Of a DNA stretch of 64,000 bases, positions 10,275 through 23,669 are shown piece by piece. Within the stretch, counting starts at the first letter, position 1. Every line of letters starts with the position of its first letter. Below the pieces are notes generated by a model. The model made no database searches. It was not told the origin of the DNA and was given only the letters and a program-made list of their open reading frames with translations. Made by a program: the position numbers and the translations under genes. The DNA is from an uncultured Gammaproteobacteria bacterium (GTDB lineage: Bacteria; Patescibacteriota; Microgenomatia; Daviesbacterales; UBA10151), in the NCBI GenBank assembly GCA_964504985.1, contig CAZDFU010000003.1, forward strand, positions 822-64,821. The letters run 5' to 3'.

Positions 10275-11027
10275 ATGAGTGCAGAAAAACAACCTTTTAG
10301 AATTAATGGTGATGAAATTTCTGGTTTAACAGAATTAGATAAAGGCATCTTAGGATCTATTTTAGAAGCAAAAAAAGCAGGAAAAATAGTTACCAGAGCA
10401 GAGCTAGCACCTCAGTTTTATAACCCAAGAGACCCCGGTCCTGTGATAATGGGAAATTTTAATGGAGCCCTGCAAAGGCTGAGAGAAAGATTAAACGGTG
10501 TTTCTTCTCCGTGGAGTATTGTTTCTCAAAGAGGAGGAATTTTGGATTTAGCCAGAGCCCCAAAAGAAATACCAGACCAATTAAAACCTACGCCTCCAGA
10601 GTTTGCAGTAACCAGATATATCACAGAATGGTTGGGAAGCAGGTCTGGTAGGCTATATTATGACCGGATTCATGCTGATGATGATATCAAGATAGCTTTT
10701 CAATTTGTAGATGAAAGAATTGTACCCCGGGAAAATGGTTTGCCTGGATTTAAGGTTTATTATTTAACCAGAAAAGAATTAAGTGATGCTTATGAGGGTG
10801 GGTTTAAGAAATTGAAACAAGTTTCCTCGGATGAGCATATGAGAAGAGCGTGGGATGAAAAAACAACAGAGTTGTGGAATAACATCCAAAGGCTTAAGAG
10901 CTTGCTGAAAACAGAGACCGATGAAAAGTTTTTAGGAGAGATCAAGAGGCGGATTAGAAAAGCAGAATCAGATTATATATCAAGACATGAATGGCGCACT
11001 AACGGACAACCTTATATTATCTTTTAA
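10275..11027 (+). CDS. Hypothetical protein with N-terminal OmpR-like winged-helix domain
   Basis: LTELDKGIL...GKIVTRAELAPQFY...ALQRLRERL...SIVSQRGG resembles the trans_reg_C pattern. Confidence 0.5.
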   Translation: MSAEKQPFRINGDEISGLTELDKGILGSILEAKKAGKIVTRAELAPQFYNPRDPGPVIMGNFNGALQRLRERLNGVSSPWSIVSQRGGILDLARAPKEIPDQLKPTPPEFAVTRYITEWLGSRSGRLYYDRIHADDDIKIAFQFVDERIVPRENGLPGFKVYYLTRKELSDAYEGGFKKLKQVSSDEHMRRAWDEKTTELWNNIQRLKSLLKTETDEKFLGEIKRRIRKAESDYISRHEWRTNGQPYIIF

Positions 11028-11058
11028 AAACATTTTAAAAAGAATCCAAAGAGAAAAG

Positions 11059-12123
11059 TTAGATTGATTCCTGAATAGGCCTGAGAGGGAGTTCAAGGAA
11101 AAAGGTTGACCCATGCCCTATCTTGCTTTTGACCCATAATTTTCCTTTATGATGACGGATTATCTGCTGGCAGATAAACAGTCCAAGCCCCAATCCCTCT
11201 GATTTGCTTCTTACAACATCATGGGCTCTATAAAATCTGCTGAATATTTGTTTTTGGTCTTTTTTGGCTATCCCCAATCCAAAATCTCTAACACTTAAAC
11301 TTACTTTTCCTTTTGTTTCTTTTAATTTGACTATTATTTTTTTCTTTTGGGGGGAATATTTTATAGCATTTGTTAAAAGATTGGTGATAATTTGTCCAAT
11401 TCTATAGCGGTCTCCATAAAGCATCTGTTTTGATAGCCCCTTAAATTCTATAGTTCTATTTTTAGCAATGATTCTTTGATGAGCAATCACCTCTGTAGCC
11501 AGATCAGTCATGTTAAAGAATGAGTCTGAATAAGTGAATTTACCTATCTCTATGCTGGCTATATCCAGCAAATCATTAATAAGTTCCAGCATTTTATTTG
11601 TAGCTTCAGCAATAGAATGCCCGTATGAGGTAGTTTTGTCATTACCTTTTGCCTTTTCTACTATTAAATTAGAAAAACCAATCACTGCGGCCAAAGGGTT
11701 TTTTAGTTCGTGAGCCATAAAAGCTATAAACTCATCTTTCTGCTCTTCCATTTCAAATCTGGCTTCCAAAGCAATGCTGATGATAACCCCTTCCACAATA
11801 AATATTGCTGTCAGCACCAAATCCCCAACAAATGGGGATGTAGAAATATCATATTTAAGAAAGATAAAATAAGTTAATGTTGCTGATAAAAGGGTAGCAA
11901 AAATCCCAGGTCTTAATCCTCCATACCAGGAGGAAACAGCCACAATGAATGAAACCATTAAAAAAGCTGTATTATGACCCAAAACATCATGGAAATAATT
12001 TTTAAGAAAAAAAACAATTGTGATCAGTAAGACAGGTAGGCCATAGCGTTTAATCCTGTTTCTTTTTTGGAAATGGGTAAGATGAACCAGTAATACTTTT
12101 ATTTTAACCCATAATTCTTCCAT
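11059..12123 (-). CDS. Membrane sensor histidine kinase (DUF4118-like TM sensor, HisKA, HATPase)
   Basis: AHELKNPL H-box, NLLTNAIKY N-box, DFGLGI, GLGLGL. Confidence 0.93.
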   Translation of the reverse strand: MEELWVKIKVLLVHLTHFQKRNRIKRYGLPVLLITIVFFLKNYFHDVLGHNTAFLMVSFIVAVSSWYGGLRPGIFATLLSATLTYFIFLKYDISTSPFVGDLVLTAIFIVEGVIISIALEARFEMEEQKDEFIAFMAHELKNPLAAVIGFSNLIVEKAKGNDKTTSYGHSIAEATNKMLELINDLLDIASIEIGKFTYSDSFFNMTDLATEVIAHQRIIAKNRTIEFKGLSKQMLYGDRYRIGQIITNLLTNAIKYSPQKKKIIVKLKETKGKVSLSVRDFGLGIAKKDQKQIFSRFYRAHDVVRSKSEGLGLGLFICQQIIRHHKGKLWVKSKIGHGSTFFLELPLRPIQESI

Positions 12124-12235
12124 AAAATCATAGCTGCCGGATTAGTACATACATTTTTTAGTATAAACCTATTAAAATAATATTGCAGTGATAAATATAT
12201 ACAAAGTGGTAAGTATTCACCTTTTCCCAGTACTT

Positions 12236-12303
12236 TGTCATTCCGAGCCTGACGAGGAATCTCAGGATTAACCCAGAGATCCTTCACTACGTTCAGGATG
12301 ACA
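12236..12303. repeat. Intergenic palindromic (REP/RPE-like) element
   Basis: tgtcattccgagc...gaggaatctc...gagatccttcactacgttcaggatgaca: terminal inverted repeats plus internal hairpins. Confidence 0.75.
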
Positions 12304-12381
12304 ATTTACTGGGAAACTCTGAATAGATACACAAAGTGCAGTTGACCAACGCTTTCCTTCTCTTGTAAAATACAAATAAAC

Positions 12382-13322
<941 letters not shown>

Positions 13323-13325
<3 letters not shown>

Positions 13326-13390
13326 TTCATAGTTATTAGTTGGTAGTTCGGAGTAATTTTAAATACTACGGACTATGAACTACGAACTCA
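13323..13390. repeat. Heptamer-periodic inverted repeat element
   Basis: tagttca tagttat tagttgg tagttcg ... tactacg gactatg aactacg aact (7-nt units forming an imperfect hairpin). Confidence 0.7.
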
Positions 13391-13400
13391 AAACTAATCA

Positions 13401-13895
13401 ATGGAAATTTTGAATCAATTTGGAGTACAACCTATACTTTTGGCTGCGCAAGTGGTCAATTTTTTGATACTCCTTTTTATTTTAAAGAGGTTTTTGTATA
13501 AACCAATTTTAAATGTTTTAGCAGAAAGAAAAAAAAGGATTGAGGACAGTCTAAAAAATGCCGGGGATATAGAGCTTAAACTTGAGCAGACAAATGAAAA
13601 GATAGATCAGATGCTTATTAAAGCCTCTGAGGAGGGACAAAAGATTTTAGATGAATCACAAAAAAGCGCTTTGCAGTTAAAAGATGAGATTTTGCAAAAA
13701 GCAGCCCAGGAAGCCCAAACAGTTATCAAAAAAGCTGAAGAGTCTGTTAGACTGGAAAGAGAAAAAATGATGAGTGAAGCTAAAGAGGAGGTTATGAATT
13801 TGGTGGTGGAAGTTTTTAGAAGATTAACAGGTAAAGTATTAAGCAAAGAAGACCAGAGAAAAATCATAGAAAAGGGAGTGAGGAATCTTACTTGA
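13401..13895 (+). CDS. atpF: ATP synthase Fo subunit b
   Basis: N-terminal TM (QVVNFLILLFIL), YKPI...ERKKRI coiled coil; operon position. Confidence 0.95.
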   Translation: MEILNQFGVQPILLAAQVVNFLILLFILKRFLYKPILNVLAERKKRIEDSLKNAGDIELKLEQTNEKIDQMLIKASEEGQKILDESQKSALQLKDEILQKAAQEAQTVIKKAEESVRLEREKMMSEAKEEVMNLVVEVFRRLTGKVLSKEDQRKIIEKGVRNLT

Positions 13896-14305
13896 AACAA
13901 TCAAAATTATTGCAAAAAACTATAACTAAGCTGGTTGAGGTTTCTTTTAAAGAAGGAAAACTTTTAGAGGCTCAGGTTACTAAATCCATCAAACTTCTAA
14001 AAGTCCTTCCAAAATATGAGGCTATCTGGGCTCTGACAGAATATTTAAAACAGTTAAAAAGAAAAGAAAGACAGCATACTATGTATATTGAAACAGTTAT
14101 GCCTCTTTCAGAACAGCAAATTAAAAAAGCCAAAAGAATTATTGAGAAAAAAGTGAAAATTACTAAAGTTAAGATTTCAGTTAACCCGGAGATTTTGGGA
14201 GGGTTTAAGTTAAAAGTGGGAGATGATATCTGGGATGAGAGCCTTTTGGGAAAACTTAATCAGGTAAAAGATGCGCTAGCTGGAAAAATTTCGGTAAGAA
14301 GTTAA
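13892..14305 (+). CDS. atpH: ATP synthase F1 subunit delta (short; TTG start)
   Basis: C-terminal VNPEILGGFKLKVGDDIWDES motif; position between atpF and atpA. Confidence 0.9.
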   Translation: MKQSKLLQKTITKLVEVSFKEGKLLEAQVTKSIKLLKVLPKYEAIWALTEYLKQLKRKERQHTMYIETVMPLSEQQIKKAKRIIEKKVKITKVKISVNPEILGGFKLKVGDDIWDESLLGKLNQVKDALAGKISVRS

Positions 14306-14314
14306 ATAAAAAAT

Positions 14315-15871
14315 ATGAGTGATCTTATAAACCAAATTGAGTCTGAAATAAAAGACCTTAAACTAAAAGCCCAAAAGCAAAATATAGGGACTGTGGTGGA
14401 AATTGGAGATGGTGTTTGCAGGATTGAGGGGTTGTCTGATGTAAAGTCCTCTGAGCTTTTGGATTTTGGCCCTTCGACTCCCTCTGGTCGCTCAGGACAA
14501 GTTGCCACAGAACATATTTATGGGTTGGCTTTAAATTTGGAACAATATAATGTTGGGGCTGTTATTTTTGGAGACTTTACTGCTATTAAAGAAGGCCATG
14601 AGGTTAAAACAACGGGCAGGATTTTAGAAGTGAATGCGGGAGAGGCTTTGGTTGGCAGAGTGGTTGATGCTTTAGGAAATCCGGTAGATGGTAAAGGCCC
14701 GATAAAGACAAAAACTGCTTACCCTGTGGAAAAAATAGCTCCAGGGGTTATCACCAGACAATCGGTTAATACACCATTACAAACAGGAATTAAGGCAATT
14801 GATTCTTTGATCCCTATTGGAAGAGGTCAGAGGGAGTTAATTATTGGAGACAGAAATACTGGTAAAACCACCATTGCCATAGATACCATCATTAACCAGA
14901 AAGATGTTATTTGTATTTATGTAGCAATCGGCCAAAAAACCTCCAAAGTTGCTCAGCTTGTGGCTAAACTGGAAGAATTAGGGGCTATGGATCATACAGT
15001 TGTGGTTTCTGCTTCAGCTGCTGATTCTGCTACCATGCAGTATCTTGCTCCCTATTCTGGTTGTGCTATAGGTGAGTATTTTATGGACCAGGGTAAAGAT
15101 GCTTTGATTATTTATGATGATTTATCTAAACATGCCTGGGCTTACAGACAGGTATCTTTGCTTTTAAGAAGGCCTTCCGGGAGAGAGGCTTATCCTGGGG
15201 ATGTTTTTTATCTTCACTCAAGGCTTTTGGAAAGGGCAGCCAGATTAAATAAAGAGTTTGGCGGAGGGTCTTTGACTGCTTTGCCTATTATAGAAACTCA
15301 GGCAAATGATGTATCAGCCTATATTCCAACCAATGTTATTTCTATAACTGATGGTCAGATATATTTGGAACCAGACCTGTTTTTTGCAGGGATAAGGCCT
15401 GCTCTTAATGTGGGGATTTCTGTTTCCAGGGTTGGGGGTGCTGCACAAACTAAGGCTATGAAGTCTGTAGCCGGAAGGTTAAAGTTAGATTTAGCCCAAT
15501 TTAGGGAACTACAGGCTTTTGCTCAATTTTCTTCTGATTTAGACCCTCAAACAAAACTTCAAATTGAAAGAGGTAGAAGGATTACAGAAATTCTAAAACA
15601 ACTTCCCTACTCCCCTGTCCCTTTAGAACAGCAGGTTGTTGTTTTATGGGCAGTAACTAATGGGTATTTAGATGAAGTGGAAGTTGGGAAAGTTAAAGAA
15701 TTTGAGGAAAAATATATAGCTCAGTTGAAAATAAGAGCTAAAAAACTTCTTTCAGACCTGGCAACAGAGAAGATTTTAGATGAAAAGCTAATTAAAGAAC
15801 TGGAGAAAGTAACTAAAGAATTTGTCAGTACATTTTTGAAAGGAGTAAAGAGAGCAACTGGTAACAAGTAA
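14315..15871 (+). CDS. atpA: ATP synthase F1 subunit alpha
   Basis: [37 protein letters not shown]. Confidence 0.98.
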   Translation: MSDLINQIESEIKDLKLKAQKQNIGTVVEIGDGVCRIEGLSDVKSSELLDFGPSTPSGRSGQVATEHIYGLALNLEQYNVGAVIFGDFTAIKEGHEVKTTGRILEVNAGEALVGRVVDALGNPVDGKGPIKTKTAYPVEKIAPGVITRQSVNTPLQTGIKAIDSLIPIGRGQRELIIGDRNTGKTTIAIDTIINQKDVICIYVAIGQKTSKVAQLVAKLEELGAMDHTVVVSASAADSATMQYLAPYSGCAIGEYFMDQGKDALIIYDDLSKHAWAYRQVSLLLRRPSGREAYPGDVFYLHSRLLERAARLNKEFGGGSLTALPIIETQANDVSAYIPTNVISITDGQIYLEPDLFFAGIRPALNVGISVSRVGGAAQTKAMKSVAGRLKLDLAQFRELQAFAQFSSDLDPQTKLQIERGRRITEILKQLPYSPVPLEQQVVVLWAVTNGYLDEVEVGKVKEFEEKYIAQLKIRAKKLLSDLATEKILDEKLIKELEKVTKEFVSTFLKGVKRATGNK

Positions 15872-15921
15872 CTAGGAACCCTTTTAAAAGATCAGGGTTA
15901 CTTGTGCCTTGTTGCAAAACT

Positions 15922-18176
<2,255 letters not shown>

Positions 18177-18310
18177 ATATAATAGCTGAAGACAAAAAAG
18201 ACCAAGATTTTACTTTAAGCCTATTCCGATATTTTTCCAAGCCTTCTACCTGATTTTAATTTCTACTAAAATTTAATGTGGTTTTGTTGGCTTAAGGATT
18301 AAGTCAAATA

Positions 18311-18348
18311 CCCTAGGTGTCAAGCTAGTCCACCTCCCAGGTGGGATT
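18311..18348. repeat. CCCTAGGTG...CACCTCCCAGGTGG palindromic element, copy 1
   Basis: Near-identical to 19864-19900; related copies at 33938-34000 and inside gatD. Confidence 0.85.
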
Positions 18349-18352
18349 CTTG

Positions 18353-19786
18353 TTACAGGCTGTTTAATTTGGTGGCCAGGGAATCTTGTTCTTCATTTAG
18401 CTTTTCATCCTGCTTAACCATTTGATTTTCTGCCTCAGTTAACCACACATTTGCCTCAAGTTTAGAAATAACAGCGGAGGCTATATTTATTCTTTGGGAA
18501 ATAATTTCGTTCATCCTATCAATATCTCTTTTATTTTTACTGTAAAAATCTGGATATTCTTTTAAATTTGCCCAATTAGGTTGAATACTTTTTAAGTCAC
18601 TTAATAATTTTTTCCAGGGGTTGATAGTTTCCTGGTCATAATTTGGTGGGACATAGCCTGCTAAATGTCCAACTACTATTTGGGCTGGGCAGCCATTCAG
18701 CTGCCCCTCAACTTCTGCAATACCTATATCCTGAAAATCCTGGTTTAATAGGAATTTTTTTGAGTCTGGGAATGAGAATTGATTTTCTATTAATTCCTCT
18801 GCTTCATAATAGCCTAAAGCAGATGTTTCCCCATAAGTAATATTGGAATACCCTGCATCTGAGAGGGCTTTTTTCATGGTATAACCACTTCTGGTGGCCT
18901 CAAAAGAGAGGTCATTATATTTAAGGCTTATTTTGCCTCTGCTGGCAGCTGATGTTTCAAGTCTGGTCTGATATCTTAAGGGACCGGCACCTGCTTCTCT
19001 TCTTTTTTGGTTTAATAATTCTAAATAACGGTTTTTATCCAGCTTAATTTTTGAGATTTCTTCAAGATCTTTGTCAGTTTTTCTCCAATTTTTATCTAGT
19101 GTGTCTTTTTGTTTTTTCAAAGGGATAACATGGTCTATATCTTTAAACTCTATCAGACCCAGTGTGTGCCTTGAATCCCCGCTTCCCTTTCTATTGTCCC
19201 CCATAACAAATAATTTTCCAGCAGGAACTGTCAGGCTTTTGCAGTCAGCTAAAAACTCTCCCCCAAAAGTAGACCTGGCTTTAAAAATATATGGTTCTTT
19301 TTGAGGCTTACCATTTAAAAGTAATACCCCGTCTTTTATTTCTAATGTATCTGCAGGCAGTGCAATAACTCTTTTAACAAAACCTCTTGGTTTATCCCCG
19401 TCTTTGGTAGTTATTTCTGCTGTTTTAAAATTATAAAAAGAGACTATATCCCCTCTTTCTATTTCATAAGAAAATAATTTATATCCAAATAAATTAAGAC
19501 CAGAAGGATACCTCATCATTCCAGTAGTGCCTACTATTTCCTTTGATTGTTCCTCTGGGGTTTTGCCTTCACCTTTGGGAAAAGTGGGATACATTGACCC
19601 AGTTCCTGACAGTGGGATATAATCTTCCACCAGGTTTAATTTGTCCAATACTAAAAAAGCAGTTAATTTATATGAACTAATCCAAACAGGTACCAAAATC
19701 AAGAGGGTTATTAGGGCAAGAAAGGGCAGAAGAAATCTTTTTACAATTAAATATCCAATTGTTACAAAACTAAAATATTTTTTCAT
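18353..19786 (-). CDS. lepB: Signal peptidase I fused to CAP/SCP domain (start corrected to ATG at 19786)
   Basis: GTGSMYPT, FVKRVIALPAD, FVMGDNRKGSGDSR; then LLNQKRREAG...YGET...FQDIGIA CAP motifs. The longer ORF start lies inside a repeat. Confidence 0.85.
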   Translation of the reverse strand: MKKYFSFVTIGYLIVKRFLLPFLALITLLILVPVWISSYKLTAFLVLDKLNLVEDYIPLSGTGSMYPTFPKGEGKTPEEQSKEIVGTTGMMRYPSGLNLFGYKLFSYEIERGDIVSFYNFKTAEITTKDGDKPRGFVKRVIALPADTLEIKDGVLLLNGKPQKEPYIFKARSTFGGEFLADCKSLTVPAGKLFVMGDNRKGSGDSRHTLGLIEFKDIDHVIPLKKQKDTLDKNWRKTDKDLEEISKIKLDKNRYLELLNQKRREAGAGPLRYQTRLETSAASRGKISLKYNDLSFEATRSGYTMKKALSDAGYSNITYGETSALGYYEAEELIENQFSFPDSKKFLLNQDFQDIGIAEVEGQLNGCPAQIVVGHLAGYVPPNYDQETINPWKKLLSDLKSIQPNWANLKEYPDFYSKNKRDIDRMNEIISQRINIASAVISKLEANVWLTEAENQMVKQDEKLNEEQDSLATKLNSL

Positions 19787-19863
19787 GAACTTACTAATAA
19801 TATAATAATTTATTGTGGTTTTGATGGGTTTTGCTATCCTTAGTCCTAGGGATACAGAAATTT

Positions 19864-19900
19864 CCCTAGGTGTCAACCTGGGCACCTCCCAGGTGGGATT
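19864..19900. repeat. CCCTAGGTG...CACCTCCCAGGTGG palindromic element, copy 2
   Basis: ccctaggtgtcaacctgggcacctcccaggtgggatt. Confidence 0.85.
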
Positions 19901-20430
19901 TACCGTTTAAGGTCTGCAGGGGCTCTTAGGTATGGATTGTTTTCCAGATGACTGGAATTATTTGCAGAATTTTGAACCTGGGGAGGGTTTTCTTTAAAAA
20001 CCCCTATCCCCTCTATTACACCAAGGGTTTGTTGGTTTCCTGGCTGGGTAGTTAAATCCTGGGAAATTGTGGCTACTTCTTTGTTGGTAGAACTTACTGA
20101 AGGCAATTGTTTTATTAAGGAGATGGTTTCTTCCCTGTTTTGCCAGGCAAGTAATTTACTTTCATCTTCAGCTACTTCTCCCATTTTTTCTTCAAGGTTT
20201 GTTAAAGGAACATCTATTTCTCCTCTTTCCACAATATCCCCTAAAATATCTCCTGCATTGGCAATATGTTCAAAAGGCAGGCCTGCTAAAGCATAAGCCT
20301 TGATGGTATTAACATATTGGGTATAATTTTGTTGTTGGGAAGTTATTTTAAATGATTTCGCCCTGGTTAAAGGATGGGATGATTGTGAACTCAAAAGATC
20401 ATTCTTTGGGGCAGTTAAATTATTATGCAT
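19900..20430 (-). CDS. Hypothetical protein
   Basis: 176 aa ORF; no recognised motif. Confidence 0.6.
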   Translation of the reverse strand: MHNNLTAPKNDLLSSQSSHPLTRAKSFKITSQQQNYTQYVNTIKAYALAGLPFEHIANAGDILGDIVERGEIDVPLTNLEEKMGEVAEDESKLLAWQNREETISLIKQLPSVSSTNKEVATISQDLTTQPGNQQTLGVIEGIGVFKENPPQVQNSANNSSHLENNPYLRAPADLKR

Positions 20431-20488
20431 AGAAATGGATTCTACCAGATCTACTCAAGTATTTACTATTGGAGTATAATCTCACAAT

Positions 20489-21976
20489 ATGCAGATCCCA
20501 CAGACTCATATCAATATTAAAGTTAGAGATCTTTTTAAAAAGATCTATCAGGGCAGGAAAATTAATTTAGCTGCTTCTAAAAGTTCTTTAGAAATGCAGC
20601 TTAATTTATATTTGGACCATTTAAGCAGCCACACATTTGTAAAAATATCCCAAAGAGACAGAAAAAGGATCTGGGAAACAATTGAAAGAAACAACCATGT
20701 TGCCAAAACTTTATCTTCCCCTTTATATAGAAAAATTGTTAAAAGCAAAAGGGAGCTTTCCAAAGAAGTATCTATTGGGTTTGTTTTTTGTATTGATGGC
20801 AGGATTCCTGCCATTTTTTTAGGAGGAAGGTTTGCCAGGCATTTTGAGATTCCTGCTGGAGAAATATCAATCATTAGAAGAAAATCAGATGGCAGAATAA
20901 TTCCAGACTCTTCTGATTTAAATGAGGCTTTAAGAAAAACAGCCACCTCAAATGATGATTTATTGGAGATTGTGTTTGCTCATACTTCTTTATCAAACCC
21001 CCATCATGGTTGCGGGGCTATGATTGCCAAGATGAGGGCAGGTTTGCTTGATCCAAAACTTTCTTTAGAGGAGGCAAATTTAAAAATAATAAGAGATAGG
21101 ACTATTCCGGCAATTTCTAATATTTATAATGAGTTTAGAATTCAACAAGGGAATGAACCCTTGAAAATGGTGGGAATTTCCGCGCTTTTTGACACAGATA
21201 CTTTTGGCATAATTTTAAACTATGATTTAAGAAAGGCCAATAATTCCTTATCTACAACAGACCTTACAAATAAGTATGCTTCAGAGTTGGATGAGTACTT
21301 CATCAAAAACAATTTAGTATTTGGATCATTTAAAGAAAAATTCTCTGATTTAAAATTTTTAATCCCCCTTTCCCAGAATACATTAAAAATAGTTGAGGCT
21401 TTGCTTAATAAAAAAATAGCACCAAAACTTTTAGATGAGATTGGAGAATATATAAATAAGTTTTATTCTGATCTGACAGAAGATCAAAAACAGGCATTAA
21501 TTTTTGTATTGCTAAGAAACATTGCTTTTCAATATTTAACAGGGCTGGCTAAATTTAAGAAAAAAAGTGCTGATCATCCTTTTTTGGAACATGGAGAATC
21601 TTTTTTAGCTGTGGCTATGAGAGGAACGACCATTGGTAAATTTGATCCTCAAAATCAGGGATTTGCCTCCTCCCCTTCTGATCCTAAGCAGGCAATTTCT
21701 AATATTAATACCATGCTTTCTATTATGGGTGATTCCTCAAAACTTAAGCCCTATATTTTATTTGTCTGTAACAGTGTTAACAGCAGGGACTTAAGGGAAA
21801 ATAACCAGGTTATACAAAGGATAATTGGTTCAAATGCAGGCTTACTTAGGGATATTATTGAAGATAAGAAATTGGGTGAGATGATAGAAAAAGGTGAGAT
21901 GATACCAGTGCCTGTTTTAATTGAGGAAGATTCAAGGGAAGTTTTAAAAATAGTTGACCATTCAGGATATATTTAA
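20489..21976 (+). CDS. Beta-class carbonic anhydrase-like protein (CsoSCA-like size and motifs)
   Basis: FCIDGRIP (CxDxR) and HTSLSNPHHGCGAM. Confidence 0.6.
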   Translation: MQIPQTHINIKVRDLFKKIYQGRKINLAASKSSLEMQLNLYLDHLSSHTFVKISQRDRKRIWETIERNNHVAKTLSSPLYRKIVKSKRELSKEVSIGFVFCIDGRIPAIFLGGRFARHFEIPAGEISIIRRKSDGRIIPDSSDLNEALRKTATSNDDLLEIVFAHTSLSNPHHGCGAMIAKMRAGLLDPKLSLEEANLKIIRDRTIPAISNIYNEFRIQQGNEPLKMVGISALFDTDTFGIILNYDLRKANNSLSTTDLTNKYASELDEYFIKNNLVFGSFKEKFSDLKFLIPLSQNTLKIVEALLNKKIAPKLLDEIGEYINKFYSDLTEDQKQALIFVLLRNIAFQYLTGLAKFKKKSADHPFLEHGESFLAVAMRGTTIGKFDPQNQGFASSPSDPKQAISNINTMLSIMGDSSKLKPYILFVCNSVNSRDLRENNQVIQRIIGSNAGLLRDIIEDKKLGEMIEKGEMIPVPVLIEEDSREVLKIVDHSGYI

Positions 21977-22043
21977 TTGACTAGGCTGGTATAATGTAAA
22001 TTAAGAATGCGACCCCCTAAAAAGGGTCGGTTTTTTAAAAGAT

Positions 22044-23132
22044 ATGAGTGAGCAGATAAAAGAGCCAATAAATCCTCAGCATTTACTTGAGGATAACTAT
22101 TCTGATAAAGCAGGAGAAAACATAGAAAAAATTCTTCAATTAAGAAAGGAAGGTCAACTTATACTTTTAATGGGTTGTTCAGATGCCAGGCTTATTTTGC
22201 CTGATGATGTTTACCAGATTAGAACCATCTCAGCCACAGGGCCAAGAAGCCCTTGGGAAAAACCTTTAAATTACGGAAGAACAGCTGGGGTAATAATTAT
22301 GGATCATTTATATTGCGGGGGTTTACTGGCAAAGGCTCAGCTTCCTGAAAACATTTTAGATGATGATACAGCTTTAGGATTTGTTAAAGATCACGTGTGG
22401 ACTGACGATCCGATTGTTCAGTCTATTCTGACTGGTTCATGGACAGCATCACGTACTCAAAAACCAGTTTTATCTGCTGTTCAGAATCCATATGATGGTT
22501 CGGTTTATATCCAAGGAGCTTTCAATAATGGTGAGCAAACCGAGCATAAAACTATTCCTACATATAAACTAATGCAAAGATATATTAAAGAAAAATTATA
22601 CGGTGATGAAATTCCTCAATTAAGGCCTGATTTAGTCCTCTCAATTTTTTCTAATATTTTGGGCCGGTTACCAGAAAAAGTTAAATTAATAGCTGAAAGT
22701 GTAGGAGATTTAACAACTTATCAAGGTACACAAGACCCGGAAGTGGTTGCTGTGACGTCTAACTTAAAAGCACTTTCAGCAAGATTCCCTGCTCTTTTTG
22801 GTCTTTCAAATACTGTTTTTCAGGTTAGCTTAAGAAGACAATCACTAGATATTGAAGGAGAATTAGAAACAAATGATGTAAGGGAGGTTTTCAGGCAAAT
22901 ACATTATCCTCTTTCCCATTGTATTGAAAATAATAAATCTGAAGGTAGATTACCATTTAAAAGTACAAGGGTTTTATATTTAGAAACTGGAGATATGAAA
23001 GATTCTCTTAGGCTGGCCCATCGTGTTAAAAGAAGGCGTGAAGTACAGGAGTGGTTAGATCTGCCAGGCAGAGTCATAATAGCAGCACAAGCTGTAAGAG
23101 GAAGAATCCAGCAAATTGAACTGGTTGTATAG
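22044..23132 (+). CDS. Beta-class carbonic anhydrase-like protein
   Basis: LMGCSDARL (CxDxR) and DHLYCGGL (HxxC). Confidence 0.65.
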   Translation: MSEQIKEPINPQHLLEDNYSDKAGENIEKILQLRKEGQLILLMGCSDARLILPDDVYQIRTISATGPRSPWEKPLNYGRTAGVIIMDHLYCGGLLAKAQLPENILDDDTALGFVKDHVWTDDPIVQSILTGSWTASRTQKPVLSAVQNPYDGSVYIQGAFNNGEQTEHKTIPTYKLMQRYIKEKLYGDEIPQLRPDLVLSIFSNILGRLPEKVKLIAESVGDLTTYQGTQDPEVVAVTSNLKALSARFPALFGLSNTVFQVSLRRQSLDIEGELETNDVREVFRQIHYPLSHCIENNKSEGRLPFKSTRVLYLETGDMKDSLRLAHRVKRRREVQEWLDLPGRVIIAAQAVRGRIQQIELVV

Positions 23133-23165
23133 AATCATTAAAACTTGCTATAATTTCTTCAACAA

Positions 23166-23576
23166 ATGTCACAGCTTCATTTAAAAATTGTAACTCCAGA
23201 GAAATTGCTAGTTGATGAAGAGGTTTCCCAGGTTAATGTTTCAACTGTTAGCGGGATGATTGGAATTTTACCGAATCATGCTAATTTAATGGCTAAACTT
23301 GCTCCCGGGGAGTTAACTATTAAAAAAGGTGGAAAAGTTGAGACTTTGGCAATAGGTTCAGGTTTTTTACAAGTTTCTGATAATACTTTATCTATCATGA
23401 CAGATTTAGCAACCCCTGAATCAGACATTGATGAAAAAGCTGTTGAGGAGGCTAAAAAAAGAGCAGAAGCTGCTTTGGAAGAAAAACTCTCTGATGAAGA
23501 ATATGCAGAAACCCTGGCTAATTTGGAAAAATCCTTAGCCCAGCTTAGGGTTAAAAGAAGGCATAAGGTAAGATAA
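23166..23576 (+). CDS. atpC: ATP synthase F1 subunit epsilon
   Basis: LKIVTPEK, GMIGILPNHA, GSGFLQV, IDEKAVEEAKKRAE. Confidence 0.97.
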   Translation: MSQLHLKIVTPEKLLVDEEVSQVNVSTVSGMIGILPNHANLMAKLAPGELTIKKGGKVETLAIGSGFLQVSDNTLSIMTDLATPESDIDEKAVEEAKKRAEAALEEKLSDEEYAETLANLEKSLAQLRVKRRHKVR

Positions 23577-23669
23577 GCAGCAGCCTGTCTCCCCGCTTTT
23601 ATGATTGTGAGTTTGCAGCTATGCTTAAATAATTGGTAATTAAAACTCTAACGTTATACAATTAATTAC

